From an uncultured Acidimicrobiia bacterium (GTDB lineage: Bacteria; Acidobacteriota; Terriglobia; Versatilivoradales; Versatilivoraceae): a stretch of 64,000 bases of DNA. The stretch covers positions 224,001 to 288,000 of the forward strand of contig CAWBAT010000008.1 of assembly GCA_963786955.1 (NCBI GenBank), in the 5' to 3' direction. How positions within the stretch are numbered: position 1 is the stretch's first letter; the number at the start of each line of letters is the position of its first letter. Below the pieces are notes generated by a model. The model saw only the letters and a list, made by a program, of their open reading frames with translations, had not been told where the DNA came from and searched no databases. Both the position numbers and the translations under genes were made by a program. Shown piece by piece: positions 42,375 through 54,400 of the stretch.

Positions 42375-44968
42375 TTATTGAGACTTTTTGATTTCATCGA
42401 GCAGATCCTGTGCGACCTTCTTGTCGATCGTCGCCAGCTTTCTGTACACCTGCATTGCCTGCTCCTTCTGGCCCAATCCGAGAAACGTGTGGCCGAGACC
42501 GTACTGAAGGTACGCCTCCTGGGGCTTAGCTTGGAGTAAGCGCTGATACATCATCAGCGCTTGTTGATACGCAGCGGTAGCCTTAGCACCCTTCTTTAGC
42601 TCTTTAAAAACGTCACCCATCATGCGGTAAACCGCCGCTGCCGTACTCGGTTCCGGCTTGAGCAGAAGGACGCGTCGATAAACGGGCAAAGCAGCCTCCG
42701 GATAACCCATGTCGCTGGTAATATTGGCGTACCCGAGGAGGTACTCTGGATCGTCCTTGTCGCTGGGGAAAGTTGCGTCGATTTGTTCGGCGAGCCCCTT
42801 GGCTCTGGCGCTATCGATTTTCTGTAACGTCTGCTGAACGGCGATGGCTTGCTCTTTCATCCCCATCTCAACGTAGGCTAAGCCGAGATTCGAATGGTAG
42901 ACACCTACACTGGGCTTGAGTCGAATCGCCTCCTTATACGCATCCACGGCCTCCGAAAATTGATCAAGTTCGTAATAGGCAAGTCCTGTTTCATTGAGAG
43001 TGCGAGCATCGTCGGGTCTGAGCCTGAGTGACTCACGATAGGCTTTTAGACCGTTTTCGGGCTGTTTCAGTCCAAAGAAATAGACTTCGCCGATCCAATA
43101 CTGCGTTTCGGCATCCTTGGGATTCAGACGAACTGCCTCTTGCAGCGTCGCCAGCGCGTTCTGATACTGGTCCGCAAGGTGGTAGGTCCAGCCGAGGCCA
43201 AACGTGGTATTCGCATCGTTTGGCCTCAGTCGCAGCGACTCTTTCAAGGCGGCGATTGCGTTCGGATACTGCTTCAATTCTCGATAACTGGAACCGAGCC
43301 ACGCATGGGTACTCGCCAGCGTCGGTACATCAGGCTTCAGCGTTATGGCCTTCTGGAACGACTCGACCGCTTTAGCGTACTCCTTCGCGTCGTAATACTT
43401 CTGCCCCTCATTGGAGAAATAAGCCGCAGTGCCCGGTGCGGTGCTCGCCACAGGCGAATTGACCGCGACCGGCTTATTGATTTCCGTTAGCAGCTTCTGA
43501 GCGTAGTCTTTATCAAGAGCGGCCAGCTTCCGGTAAACCCCCATCGCCTCGTCCTTCTTGCCAAGTTTTGCGTAGCTAAGGCTCAGCAAGTAAAGACTGG
43601 CCTGATCGTCCGGTTTTAGTCGAATTGCTTGCTGGAAGGCTGTCAACGCTTCTGGATATCTCCTCTGCACAAAAGTTGCATTCCCAAGCATAAAGTAGGC
43701 GTCGTAGTCGCCCGGCTTGAGCCGGAGCGCCTCTCGAGCTTCGGCTTCGGCGTTCTCGAAGGGCTTCAAATCTTTAGAATGCGAAGGTCCTAAAGCAAGT
43801 TCACTCCCTTGGCCCTGATAAGCAGTTGCGAGTCGCAGATGGACTTCGGCGTTGTTCGGCACCATCCGAATCACTTGCTTGTACGCCTCGATGGCTTCCG
43901 GATACTGCTTGAGCCGAGAATAAGCAATACCCAAGTCCATATACGCCGCACCCGAAGGAACGATCGAGTTAGATTTCTTTAGGTGTTCGATGGCTCGGGC
44001 ATAGTCCTTGGCTTCAAGAAGAGCTCTGCCTTTCTTATATTCCGCGGTCGATGCCTGCACGTCCGCGGCGCTCCCTTGCGCACGAGGCAGCTGAGACGGT
44101 GGCTGCGTCACGGGTTGATTGATCAAATCGGAGAGCGCCTGAACCAGCCCATCGACTCCTGACTGCGCCGCTGGCTGTCCATTGTTGGCTGCTGGCGGCT
44201 TTACCCGGATTGGATCAGCCTCCTGGCGCGCCTGGCGACGCGCGTTGTCGCCTCCAACAATCTTGTCAAATTCGGCATTAAGCGTTGGCGAGAGAAAGGT
44301 TTTGAACGTCTGAATTCCCTCCACGCCAAAGTTGGTGTCCCAGCGACCGTAGCGATACGGCGTCTGGTCACTAAACTTTGCCGATGTTCCGGCTGGGCCC
44401 GGGAAAGACTTGTCCGCCGCCTGGGCAACATTGTAATGGGCAACGTCGTACGCCCCGATAATGCGGCTCTCGTCTGGAGTGAAGCCTCTGAACTCGCGAC
44501 GGCCCGACAAAGTCTTGATGATTTCAATGAGCTGATAAAATGTACCGATCTGGCGCAGTGCTGTCTCCCGCGGATCTGGCGTTTCCATCGCTCGCATCAC
44601 ACGCTCCACGGAAGGCATCTCACTGAGATACGGCGGATTCAGCGCCTGCCCCGGTTGGTTGGCGCGGCAGCCGGTTTCCCGCTTGGCGCGCTCTGGACCT
44701 TGCAGACTTTCAACCAGCCATCCATCTGGCTGCGGATATTGTAGCGCTCGACGATGAGTTGACCGTTCTTCTCTTCTCGCCAGAAGCAGACCTCACCGCG
44801 AGCGTTAGACTGGCATCGCGTCACGATGTTGTCGGTCCCATCCGGACAGTGATAGGGCACGTTGAACTGCAGAGCTTCCTGCGCGGCCACAATCGAGGTA
44901 CAGATCACGACTCCCAGTAAGACGGCAAGGATCTTTCGCCAGGATAAAATACGATTCGAAGTCAACAT
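42375..44968 (-). CDS. Secreted tetratricopeptide-repeat protein; frameshift near 44640
   Basis: ORF 44639..44977 supplies a signal peptide and a Cys-containing domain; ORF 42375..44618 has many TPRs ('AYMDLGIAY...EAIEAYKQVIR', 'EALTAFQQAIRLKP'). Confidence 0.85.
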
Positions 44969-45063
44969 TGGACACACTCCCTCGTCGGAAAACTTAAGTG
45001 ATCGTGGCTGGCACAGACATGCTGGGGTTTGGCATGTGTGTGATGAGTCATACCACCTGTCTT

Positions 45064-45094
45064 GTCGGTACCGCCTGCGGTAGCAGGCTGGTCA
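45064..45094 (+). repeat. Solo copy of the RAYT-associated REP
   Basis: GTCGGTACCGCCTGCGGTAGCAGGCTGGTCA. Confidence 0.8.
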
Positions 45095-45128
45095 GCCGAT
45101 GTCTGCACCACAATTCTTCGACAAGATC

Positions 45129-45443
45129 TTAAGACCTGGACTTTTTCATGGCTCCGATGAAACCCGGTCCGTTCAAGGAACCATCCTCATTGATCATAAA
45201 CTCAAGTTTGTCTCCCTGTAAGTCGAGCGTAAGCCTATTCCCGTCGACCTTGTAGGTACCTGTTTTTGTTTCGCCCATCATCGTCATGGACACCTTTCCG
45301 CCCGAGCTAAGATTGAGTGTGACTAGACCCGTCGTATTCGTGTACGTGCCCTCGAACTTAGACCCGCCACAGGCAACAACCGCGAGGATGAATGAGGTTA
45401 GCACCATAAAGGTAATGATTTGACGCATTGTCAAGAAATTCAT
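45129..45443 (-). CDS. Small lipoprotein (beta-strand rich)
   Basis: AAGGAG RBS; lipobox 'VVACGG'; 'FEGTY', 'TGTYKVDGNRLTL'. Confidence 0.8.
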   Translation of the reverse strand: MNFLTMRQIITFMVLTSFILAVVACGGSKFEGTYTNTTGLVTLNLSSGGKVSMTMMGETKTGTYKVDGNRLTLDLQGDKLEFMINEDGSLNGPGFIGAMKKSRS

Positions 45444-45748
45444 TGTTATCTCCTTAAATGTGCGCAGGGAAGGTCCCACGCATTGTCCGCTCAAAATAGT
45501 CTGACTCCGGAAGCCCGATTACGAATCATTGGGTATTGAACTCCATAGAGCATCGCGCGGGCAGGTAGGAAGACCATCATGCCACTCCAGAAGAAGAATC
45601 GTCGGGCGGCGTAGACATGCTGTGATCTGGCATGTCTGCGATGAATAACCCTCCAGGGCTGGACCCAATACTAATCAAAGGATTGAATTGCACCCTATGA
45701 CACTCGCAGACATCAAGAAAACGATGTCTGAGCCACCCGCGATTTCTT

Positions 45749-46267
45749 TTACGCGAAGATCTCCTGATAGGCTTCCTGATACTCCTGGTAATCTGAATTC
45801 GAAAAGGTCACGAAGATCACACGCTCTAGGGTAGTCCCCGCCTCCAACTCTTTCTTCACCGTCTGCAGGGCCGTGCGGCAGGCCTTTTCGATGGGATAAC
45901 CGTAGGCGCCAGTTGAGATTGAGGGGAAAGCGATGGATTGAAGCCCATGCTCATTGGCAATCCGGATACAGTTTCGATAACAATTCTTGAGTAATTCCGC
46001 TTCTTCCGTGGGGTTTTTCCCACTGTAAACCGGTCCAACCGTGTGAATGACAAATTTTGCGGACAAGTTGTAGCCTTTGGTGATTTTGGCTTCTCCGGTT
46101 TTACAGCCATGAAGCGTGCGGCACTCCTCGAGAAGTTTCGGCCCCGCGGCGCGATGAATTGCACCGTCCACTCCACCTCCTCCGAGCAGACTCGAGTTTG
46201 CCGCATTCACAATGGCGTCTACCGCCTGCCTTGTAATATCGCCCATGAGGATTTCAATGTGTGTCAT
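45749..46267 (-). CDS. ymdB: Macro-domain O-acetyl-ADP-ribose deacetylase
   Basis: 'GDIT', 'DAIVNAANSSLLGGGGVDGAIHRAAG', 'VIHTVGPV', 'SIAFPSISTGAYGYP'. Confidence 0.93.
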   Translation of the reverse strand: MTHIEILMGDITRQAVDAIVNAANSSLLGGGGVDGAIHRAAGPKLLEECRTLHGCKTGEAKITKGYNLSAKFVIHTVGPVYSGKNPTEEAELLKNCYRNCIRIANEHGLQSIAFPSISTGAYGYPIEKACRTALQTVKKELEAGTTLERVIFVTFSNSDYQEYQEAYQEIFA

Positions 46268-46292
46268 GAACGATGACCAACCTTTTCGTCGC

Positions 46293-46453
46293 TTAGTACT
46301 GGGTTCATAAATAAGGCCACGTATTTTTGATGGTGGAACGCGCCCTACCGCGCGTTCAAGCTTGCGGCGGGGACAGCGGTCCCACGCGCCCCCTCCACCC
46401 CGTCTGTTGGCAGCTCGTAAATACGCCAGTACATTTATGAAACCCAGTACTAA
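46293..46453. mobile_element. MITE-like element with ~21-bp TIRs (TTAGTACTGGGTT(T)CATAAAT) enclosing REP hairpins
   Basis: The left end and the reverse complement of the right end match apart from one T; internal GTGGAACGCG..CGCGTTC hairpin and a ..CTCCAC arm. Confidence 0.7.
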
Positions 46454-46500
46454 GGCTAAAGAGTCAATTAACGCGGCCTTTGTTTTTGTGCTTGGGAGAT

Positions 46501-46538
46501 CATAAAGCCGCCTCCTGGTTAAGGAAGGCGGCTTTATG
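46501..46538 (-). terminator. Strong hairpin just downstream of the 46559 gene (likely intrinsic terminator)
   Basis: CATAAAGCCGCCT ... AGGCGGCTTTATG 13-bp stem; only a short U-run. Confidence 0.55.
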
Positions 46539-46558
46539 CGTTACGGTTGGTTTGAGGG

Positions 46559-49500
46559 CTATTGACTGCTGCCGATAAAAGCCCCATCGCCCGTCCGTTG
46601 CCCTGGACCGGCGCCATCATTGATCACCGCATAAGTGACGAACGGGTTGTTGCCCGCTGTACGGCGCACGCGGGCGTAGCCTTGTTGTACCCCTCCCGGG
46701 GCGCTATTCAGAATCGTCCCGATCTGAGTCCAGCCATGAGCCTTGAGGACAATGGGCTCCATGGTTTTCTTTAACGTTCCTGTCGCCCCATCATAAAGAT
46801 CGATGACAAAGGTGTCATCGTTGGCATCGGTTTCGCCGGTGTTTACAATCGCCAGATTGGTCCGGTTTTCAGAATTCTGCTGCAATCCGAACACCCAGGC
46901 GCTCGTGGTCGAAGCCTGGCCATACGGCACCGCAGTATAAAAGAGTCCAAAACGGCCGCCCACGGTTCCTCCTGCCGCGGAAGTCCGTGCCCCTAAGACC
47001 ACTCCGCTGATATCTCCGCCCGTGGCCGTGGCGAACAAGAGCTCCGGCAATCGTGGTGCCCGCCGCTCCAATGCCAGCTACCGCATTGCTTCTCATGTAG
47101 GCAAAAATGTCCGGAATGATCTGCTGCCGCCCGGCTGGGATGTTAATACTAAAGTGAGCCGTCTTATCCGCAGTCGTAATGGCATCGGCCACAAAGCTGA
47201 AGTTAACAGTGCGAGCCTGGCTGGAAAAGTTGGCCAAAACCACCTCACTGATGAAGGTGGTGGTCTGAACTATGACCGGCAAAGTCAATCCAGTCACGGC
47301 TGACGTGCTGGCGGGTTGAGGAGTCAGAAATGAACCATCCGAATTGACCTGATCATTGACGACACCGTAGGCGTAGTAAGGGGCGGTGCCGCTGGTCCGC
47401 TCCACTTTCACATATCCGTTCGTCAAGGAGAGGCCATTCGATGCGAGCACGCCGCTGATCTGATTAAAGGCTCCTGGCTCCAGGACAATCAGAGGCAAGA
47501 CTTGGGAGAAGGAACTGTTGCCATCGAAGACAGTGACTCGCAAGGTAATGCTCCCGGCCCCTGCAGCTCCCGCGTTTTGGAAAGCCACATTGGAACGGTC
47601 GGTGGTATTCTGCCGCAATCCACAGATATATGAAGTAGTGGTTAGAGCCGCGCTGTATGGTGTTCGCGGATTCAGCCAGCCCGGCGCGGTTTAGTTGAAT
47701 TCCCACCACTGTCTTTCCCTTGGCTGATAGCCGCCGCGCCGCCGTTGGAGACGGTTATGCCTGGATAGGCCAGCCCGGAGCGGCCTATTAGGTTCCCACC
47801 GGTATCCTTGACCAGTGTCGTGGTTCGGGCGGTGATGCTGGCATCTGAAGCCAAACTGAGATTAGAAAAATGAGCTCGCAAGGTCCCAACCCTGCTTCCC
47901 GTGTCCGGTATCGAGAGCCCTTTGGTCTTCAGATAGTCAATGGCATTCGAAAACACAGACTGGCCTGGAGGAAGGGTTGTCGATGCGGTTCCAGTGCCTC
48001 CGCCAGCGGTCGCTGTGTAACTCAGATCAACGTTAGCCGTGGAGGTTCCCAGGATGGTGAAGGTCAGCTCCGTGGTAAAGAACGAGCCACCGACTCCACT
48101 GCTGGAAAGCACGACGGGCACGAACAGGTCAGTTGAAACGCCACCGCCGCCGCCACCCCCGCCTCCACCGCCTGAGGTTGAGATCGTGAAGTTGCCGTTG
48201 CTGGTATCGGAAACCGTTCCAGCGGCGTCGCTAACGCGTATTTTAACGGTGGTGGAAGCTGAATTGGGGACCGTCCAACTGTAGCTGCCCGTGTTCGACG
48301 TGGAAGCGACGATAGTCGAGTAACTGGTTCCGCCGTCGGTGGAAATTTCGATTTTGACGTTGCTAACCGTTCCGGTAGTCGTCCAGGTAATGTTATGGCT
48401 GGACCCGACCACCCAATTTTCACCGCCATTGGGAGAACTCACTGTAACGGTTGCAGAGCCTCCACCGCCCCCTCCTCCACCACCTCCACCACCGCCGGTG
48501 CCTGTGTAGATAAAGATGCCCTGGTTTGCTGCATACACAGTCGCGTGATCGGCATGGCTCACGTCGATTTCAGTAGCAGAGAATGGCAATCCGGACTGAG
48601 CGATGGTCCATGTCCCCGCAGCATCAGAAGTCCGCAAGACGAATCCGTCTACGATCGCAAAGAGAACAGAGGGTGTCGTGGGATCAATTGCTATGTTGTT
48701 GGCGCTGATCAAAAACGGAAAGGGACAATTGAGTGGGCTGCCCGCATAGTGGATGTTTCCGAAGCCTGGGTCTGAATAATTCTTGATCAGCTGCTCGATT
48801 CCGGAAGTGGTGTTTTGCCAGAAGCCGCTATCGTCGAGTTTGTATATACCTCCGTTGGCTGTGGAAGAAGCGACCAAAGAAGCATAGACATTGGAAGAAT
48901 CGATAGGGTCGACGGCAAGGTCGAAAACACCTAGCGTATTGGGCAATCCGGCTCCCAAAGGACTCCAACTCAATCCACTGTTGGTGCTCTTGTAGATCAA
49001 GGCCGGGACCGAGACTCCCGAGTATAAGCCTGCATAGAGAACTGCCGGGACCTTAGGGTCGACAGCTAGCGTATTAACGACCGCACCACCACCCAAAGGC
49101 AACCCTGTAACGGAAGAATTCCAGGTCGAGCCAGCATCGGTGCTGTGGTAGATCTGGGTATAGGCTACAGCATAGATCCCATTGGGATCCACCGGGTCAG
49201 GCACGAGCACCGTGGGAGCAATAAATCCAAAATTGTCCGCGGGGGTTGTAGTGAGCGTCCAACTGCTGCCCCCATTGGTGGATTTGTAAATCCCAGGCAA
49301 TGAAAACGTAAAGCCTCCACCTAAATCCTGCACCGTGGCATTCTGAATCGACACGTAAAGGATCCGATTACCCACCTGGCTCATCGCCAATCCTCTTACC
49401 ATCAGGCCCTGCAAGCCTGCATTTTTTGCGGTCCAGTTGTTTCCACCGTCGGTACTCTGAAAAACTCCCTCTCCAAACAAACCGGCGAAAATCGTGTTCT

Positions 49501-50695
49501 TGTTGGATGCATCTAGTGCCATGTATTGGACCAGGGCTTTGATTCCTGTGTTTTTGAGGGCCCAGCTCGTCCCAGAATTTGTGCTCTTCAGCACACCGTT
49601 TGCCAGGGTTCCGGTATATAACGTGGCAGAGTTGGTAGGATCGACCTCGATGACGAGAGCACCGAAATCTGAATTACCCAGGTCGACAGCGTTCCATTGA
49701 CCTCCGCCATTCGTGCTCTTGTAGAGAACACCAAGAGCGTTCGTGCTTGACGTTGCGATCACATACACATTGCTTGGTGTCAGGGGGTCGACAACCGGAT
49801 CCGTCAAATTCACTCCGCTAATGCCAGTATTCGAAAGTTGCCACTGCCCGCCGCTGTTTGTGCTCTTGTAGACGGCATCCGCCACAGTGATGTAGAGCGT
49901 AGCGGTCGTCTTCGGGTCAATCACCGGAGTTCCCAGAGCCTGCCCACCGGGCAAACCCGTACCGGCGGAGCTCCAAGTGCCGCCACCGTCCGTGCTTTTC
50001 TGGAGCCCGGTTGTCGTACTGGCGTACAGAATGCTACTGTTGGTGGGATCAACTGCCAAAGCGTAAGCTTTCCAAGTTAGTTTCGTCCAAGTCGTTCCTC
50101 CGTTGGTACTCTTGATGACGTAATAGTCCAGTGTCGTGCCGACCTTTGTAATTACGGGGGCATAGAGCGTGCTGCTGTTCTTGGGATCGATCACCAACGA
50201 CTTGGTTCCATCGCCGCAAGGGAGCTTCGTGTCCAGAATGGTCCAGTTCGCTCCTGCATCGGTACTCTTGATGACATTGCCGTTGCCAATGTAGAGCGTA
50301 TTGTGGTTGGCGGGATCGATCAGGATTTTGGAAGCGCCTAAATACACGTTCAGGTTAATCCAGTTATTTCCGCCATTGGTGGTTCTATAGATTCCCGCAT
50401 AATTTGACAGGTAAATAATGTTGTGGTCCGTGCGGTCAACGGTGATCTGAGCAACATATCCACCCTCCGGACCATTTCGGGCGGTCCAGTCAAGGGCAAC
50501 CGCTGTCTGGGAGAAACCAGCTGTAAAAATCCCCCAAAGAATCACTGCACAAGAGAGCCAAGAAATTAAGAATTCGTTGTCGCTTTTCTGATTCCAAGTG
50601 TTGTCTTCGTCACGGTGATTTCTCCTGTTCATCTTTACATGGGGTACGGAATGCGACATGCTTCCACATTCCGGTGTAATCGTCTCATTGCTCAT
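46559..50695 (-). CDS. Large secreted BNR/Asp-box beta-propeller protein + Ig-like 'SPNGGE' domain + conserved C-terminal module; frameshifts near 47700 and 47040
   Basis: Many 'KSTNGGxxW' Asp-boxes and 'DP.NS..LY' repeats; poly-Gly linkers; ORFs 47672..50695, 46869..47618 and 46559..47071 are colinear with the paralogue at 51472. Confidence 0.88.
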
Positions 50696-50700
50696 TTGTT

Positions 50701-51102
50701 GTAGCCGGGGCCGTTGGCCCCGGACAACAGGCCTGGAGGCCTGCTACTACTGTCTTGTGTGGCGACAGGGGTCCACGCCTGTCGTGCGCTGTTACCAATG
50801 TCACTTGTAGCCGGGGCCGTTGCACCCGGACGACCGGCCAGAGGTCTGCTACTACAGCCTTGTGTGGCGACAGGCGTCCACGTCTGTCGTACGTTGTTAC
50901 CAATGTCACTTGTAGCCGGGGCCGTTGGCCCCGGGATAACAGGCCAGAGGCCTGCTACTACAGTGTTGTGTGGCGACAGAGGTCCACGCCTGTCGCGCGT
51001 TGTTGCCAATGTCAGCCGCAGGCCGGGGCCGTTGGCCCCGGGATAACAGGCCAGAGGCCTGCTACTACAGTCTTGTGTGGCGACAGAGGTCCACGCCTGT
51101 CG
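50701..51102. repeat. BIME-like array: four ~105-bp units, each with three different REP hairpins
   Basis: Units at about 50701, 50807, 50912 and 51019: GTAG-CCGGGGCC-GTT-GGCCCCGG; CAGGCC-AGA-GGCCTG-CTAC; GTGG-CGACAG...CTGTCG. Confidence 0.9.
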
Positions 51103-51471
51103 TGAATTGTTTCAAAGGGGTACTAATACAACGCATCAAAAAGGCGTCGCAATCCCGCTTTGTTAGCCACGCTGAGCTAAGCGAGGCGTGGGTGATTCGT
51201 AAAAATCCATGATGCGGTTGTATTAGTTTCCCACCGCTCGGCAGCAACCGTCTATATCATCTGCTATCAGAACATGGCTTGCCTAGTCAGTGCTCCGCCC
51301 TCTCTCAAAGCCCAGTCCTCAAGATATGGACTGTGGGGGACGATACGACCGTGATGAGGCTTCACTATGAAGTTGCGCAAAAAGAGCTCAAAAACCGTCA
51401 GCAAATACGAGCAAGATTCATTCTCCCTTGAAAGGAAGACGGCTTCATCCGCAATACGGCTGACAGGAGGA

Positions 51472-54400
51472 TCATTGACTGCTGCCAATATAGGCGCCAT
51501 CTCCCGTCCGTTGTCCTGGACCGGCGCCATCATTGATCACCGCATAAGTGATGAACGGGTTGTTCCCCGCTGTACGCCGGACCTGGGCGTATCCTTGTTG
51601 CACTCCCGGGGCGCTATTCAGAATCGCGCCGATCTGAATCCAGCCGTGAGCCTTGAGGGTGACGGGATCCATGGTTTTGACGAGGTTTCCGGTAGCCCCA
51701 TCATAAAGATCGATGACAAAGGTATCGCTATTGGCATCGGTTTCGCCGGTATTCACAATCGCCAGATTGGTGCGGTTTTCCGCATTTTGCTGCAGTCCAA
51801 ACACCCAGGCGCTCGTGGTAGATGCCTGGACATTCGGCACGGCCGTGTAAAAGAGCCCGAAACGTCCGCCCGCACTACCGCCTGATGCAGAGGTTCGAGC
51901 GGCCAAGACCACGCCGCTCAAGTCACCACCCGTAACCGTGGCGAACAAGGCTCCGGCAATCGTGGTTCCCGCCGAGCCTATCCCGGCCACTGAATTACTT
52001 CTCAAGTAGGCAAAGATGTCCGGAATGATCTGCTGCCGCCCGGCCGGGATGTTAATGCTAAATTGGGCCGTCTTGTCCGCTGTCGTGATGGCATCGGCGA
52101 CAAAGGTAAAGTTGACGGTTCGTGCCTGACTGGAGAAGTTGGTCAAGTCCAATTCACTGATGAAGGCACTTGTCTGGACAATAACTGGCAAGGTTAATCC
52201 AGCCACGGGGGTAGTTTCGCCTGGCTGAGGGCTCACGAAAGAACCGTCGGAATTGACCTGATCATTGATGACTCCATAAGCATAGTAAGGAGCTGTGCCG
52301 GCAATTTGCTCCACTTTCACATATCCGTTCGTCAAGGATAGACCATTCGATGCGAGCACGCCGCTGATCTGATTAAAGCCGCCTGGCTCCAGGACGATTG
52401 AAGGCAAGACCTGGGAAGAGGAACTGTTTCCATCGAAAACTGTGACTTTCAAGGTAATGCTCCCCGCTCCTGCAGCCCCCGCGTTTTGGAAAGCCACGTT
52501 GGAACGATCGGTGGCATTCTGGCGCAAACCACAGATATATGAAGTAGTGGTTAGAGCCGTGCCGTATGGAGTTCCTGTTTCAGCCAGCCCGGCGCGGTTT
52601 AGTTGATTCCCACCAATGTCCTTCCCTTGGCTGATGGCCGCGGCACCGCCATTGGAGATGGATATGGCTGGATAAGCCAGCCCGGAGCGACCGATAAGGG
52701 TTCCTCCACTGTCTTTGACTTCCGTGGTGAGGCGGGCCGTGATGCTGGCGTCGCTGGCCGAGCTGAGATTAGAAAAATGAGCTCGCAAGGTCCCAACCCT
52801 GCTTCCCGTGTCGGGTATCGAGAGTCCTATGGTCTTCAGATAGTCAATGGCATTCGAAAACACAGACTGGCCACGTGGAAGGGTTGTCGATGCGGTTCCA
52901 CTTCCACCACCAGCGGTCGCCGTGTAACTTAGGTCAACATTAGCGGTTAAGGTGCCACGGTTCGTAAAAGTCAACTCCGTCGTAAAGAATGAGCCACCGA
53001 TTCCGCTGCTGGAAAGCACGACTGGTACAAACAGATCGGTTGAAACGCCACCGCCCCCACCGCCTGAGGTTGAGATCGTAAAATTGCCATTGCTGGTGTC
53101 GAAAATTGATCCATCATCGTTGCTGATGCGAATCTTAACGGTGGCAGAAGCCGAGCTGGGGACCGCCCAACTGTAGCTGCCTGTATTCGACGTGGAAGCG
53201 ACGATGGTCGAGTAACTGGTTCCGCCATCGGTGGAGATCTCGATTTTGACATTGTCAATTGTTCCGGTATTCGTCCAGGTAATGTTATGGCTGGACCCGA
53301 CCACCCAGTTTTCGCCGCCATTAGGAGAAGTCACAGTGACGGTTGCAGTGCTGCCGCCCCCCTCCTCCGCCTCCGCTCCCACCGGTGCCGGTATAGACCC
53401 AGATCCCTTGGTTAGCTACGTAAGCTGCCGTGCGATCGGCTAGGCTGATCCCAATTTGAAAGGGGGAAAACGGCAAACCGGAGTGAGCAACTGCCCAGGT
53501 GCCGGCTCCATCCGTGGTGCGGAGAACAAATCCATCCACGACCGCAAAAAGAGTAGCCGGAGTATTAGAGTCGATAGCTAAATTGGATGCGGTGGTTAAG
53601 AATGGGGTCGGGCAATTCGGTATAGCGCCAGCATAATGAATATTGTCATATTGCGTAAGAGCGTAGTCGGTAATCAGCGGTTTGATTTCGGAGGTAGTGT
53701 CTTGCCAGCTTCCGCCGCTATCGATGCTTTTGAAAACTCCGCCATTCACGGTAATCGAAGAAAGGACCGCTGCATAAATGGTCGAAGAAGTTTTGGGATC
53801 GATGGCTAGGTCATAGATACCTAGCAAGTTGGGCAGTCCCGTAGACGAAGGATACCACATGATGCCGCCATCGGTGCTCTTATAGAGAGAGTTACCGGAT
53901 GTAGAGTCATATAAACCCAAGTACAAAACCATCGGATTCTTGGGATCAATGGCGAGACTGTTCAAGAAAGCGTTGTCGGGCACGCCATTTCTAGAAGTAA
54001 ACCAAGTAGTACCTCCATCGGTGGTACGGTACACGCCGGCAATACCCAGCGCATAGATCCCATTCGGGTTGACCGGGTCTGCAACGATTTTTGTCGGAGC
54101 AGATGAAAGAAAGTTATCCGGGGGGATGATGGTGGCTGTCCAGGTTGCCCCGCCATCGTTGGATTTAAAGATGCCCGGTAGCGAACCACCCGTACTTGGA
54201 GTAACGGCGTTATTGACGGAGGCCCAGAGAGTATGGCTTCCGACCGGACTGATGGCCAGAGCCGCGACCTGTTGACTTCCCAATCCCGCATTGCGCGAAA
54301 CCCAATTGTTGCCACCGTCAGTACTTCGAAAAACACCGAAATCGGGGATGCCTATATAGATTATGTTCTTGTCGGTGGGATCCAATGCCATATATTGGAT

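Noticed and set aside
45749-46267. Anti-phage (Thoeris/DarG-type) macro domain
   Set aside because: It is a stand-alone canonical YmdB-like protein with no TIR, SIR2 or DarT partner nearby.
50701-51102. CRISPR array or repeat-protein ORFs
   Set aside because: Whole ~105-bp units repeat with no unique spacers; the overlapping ORFs on both strands are by-products of GC-rich palindromes.
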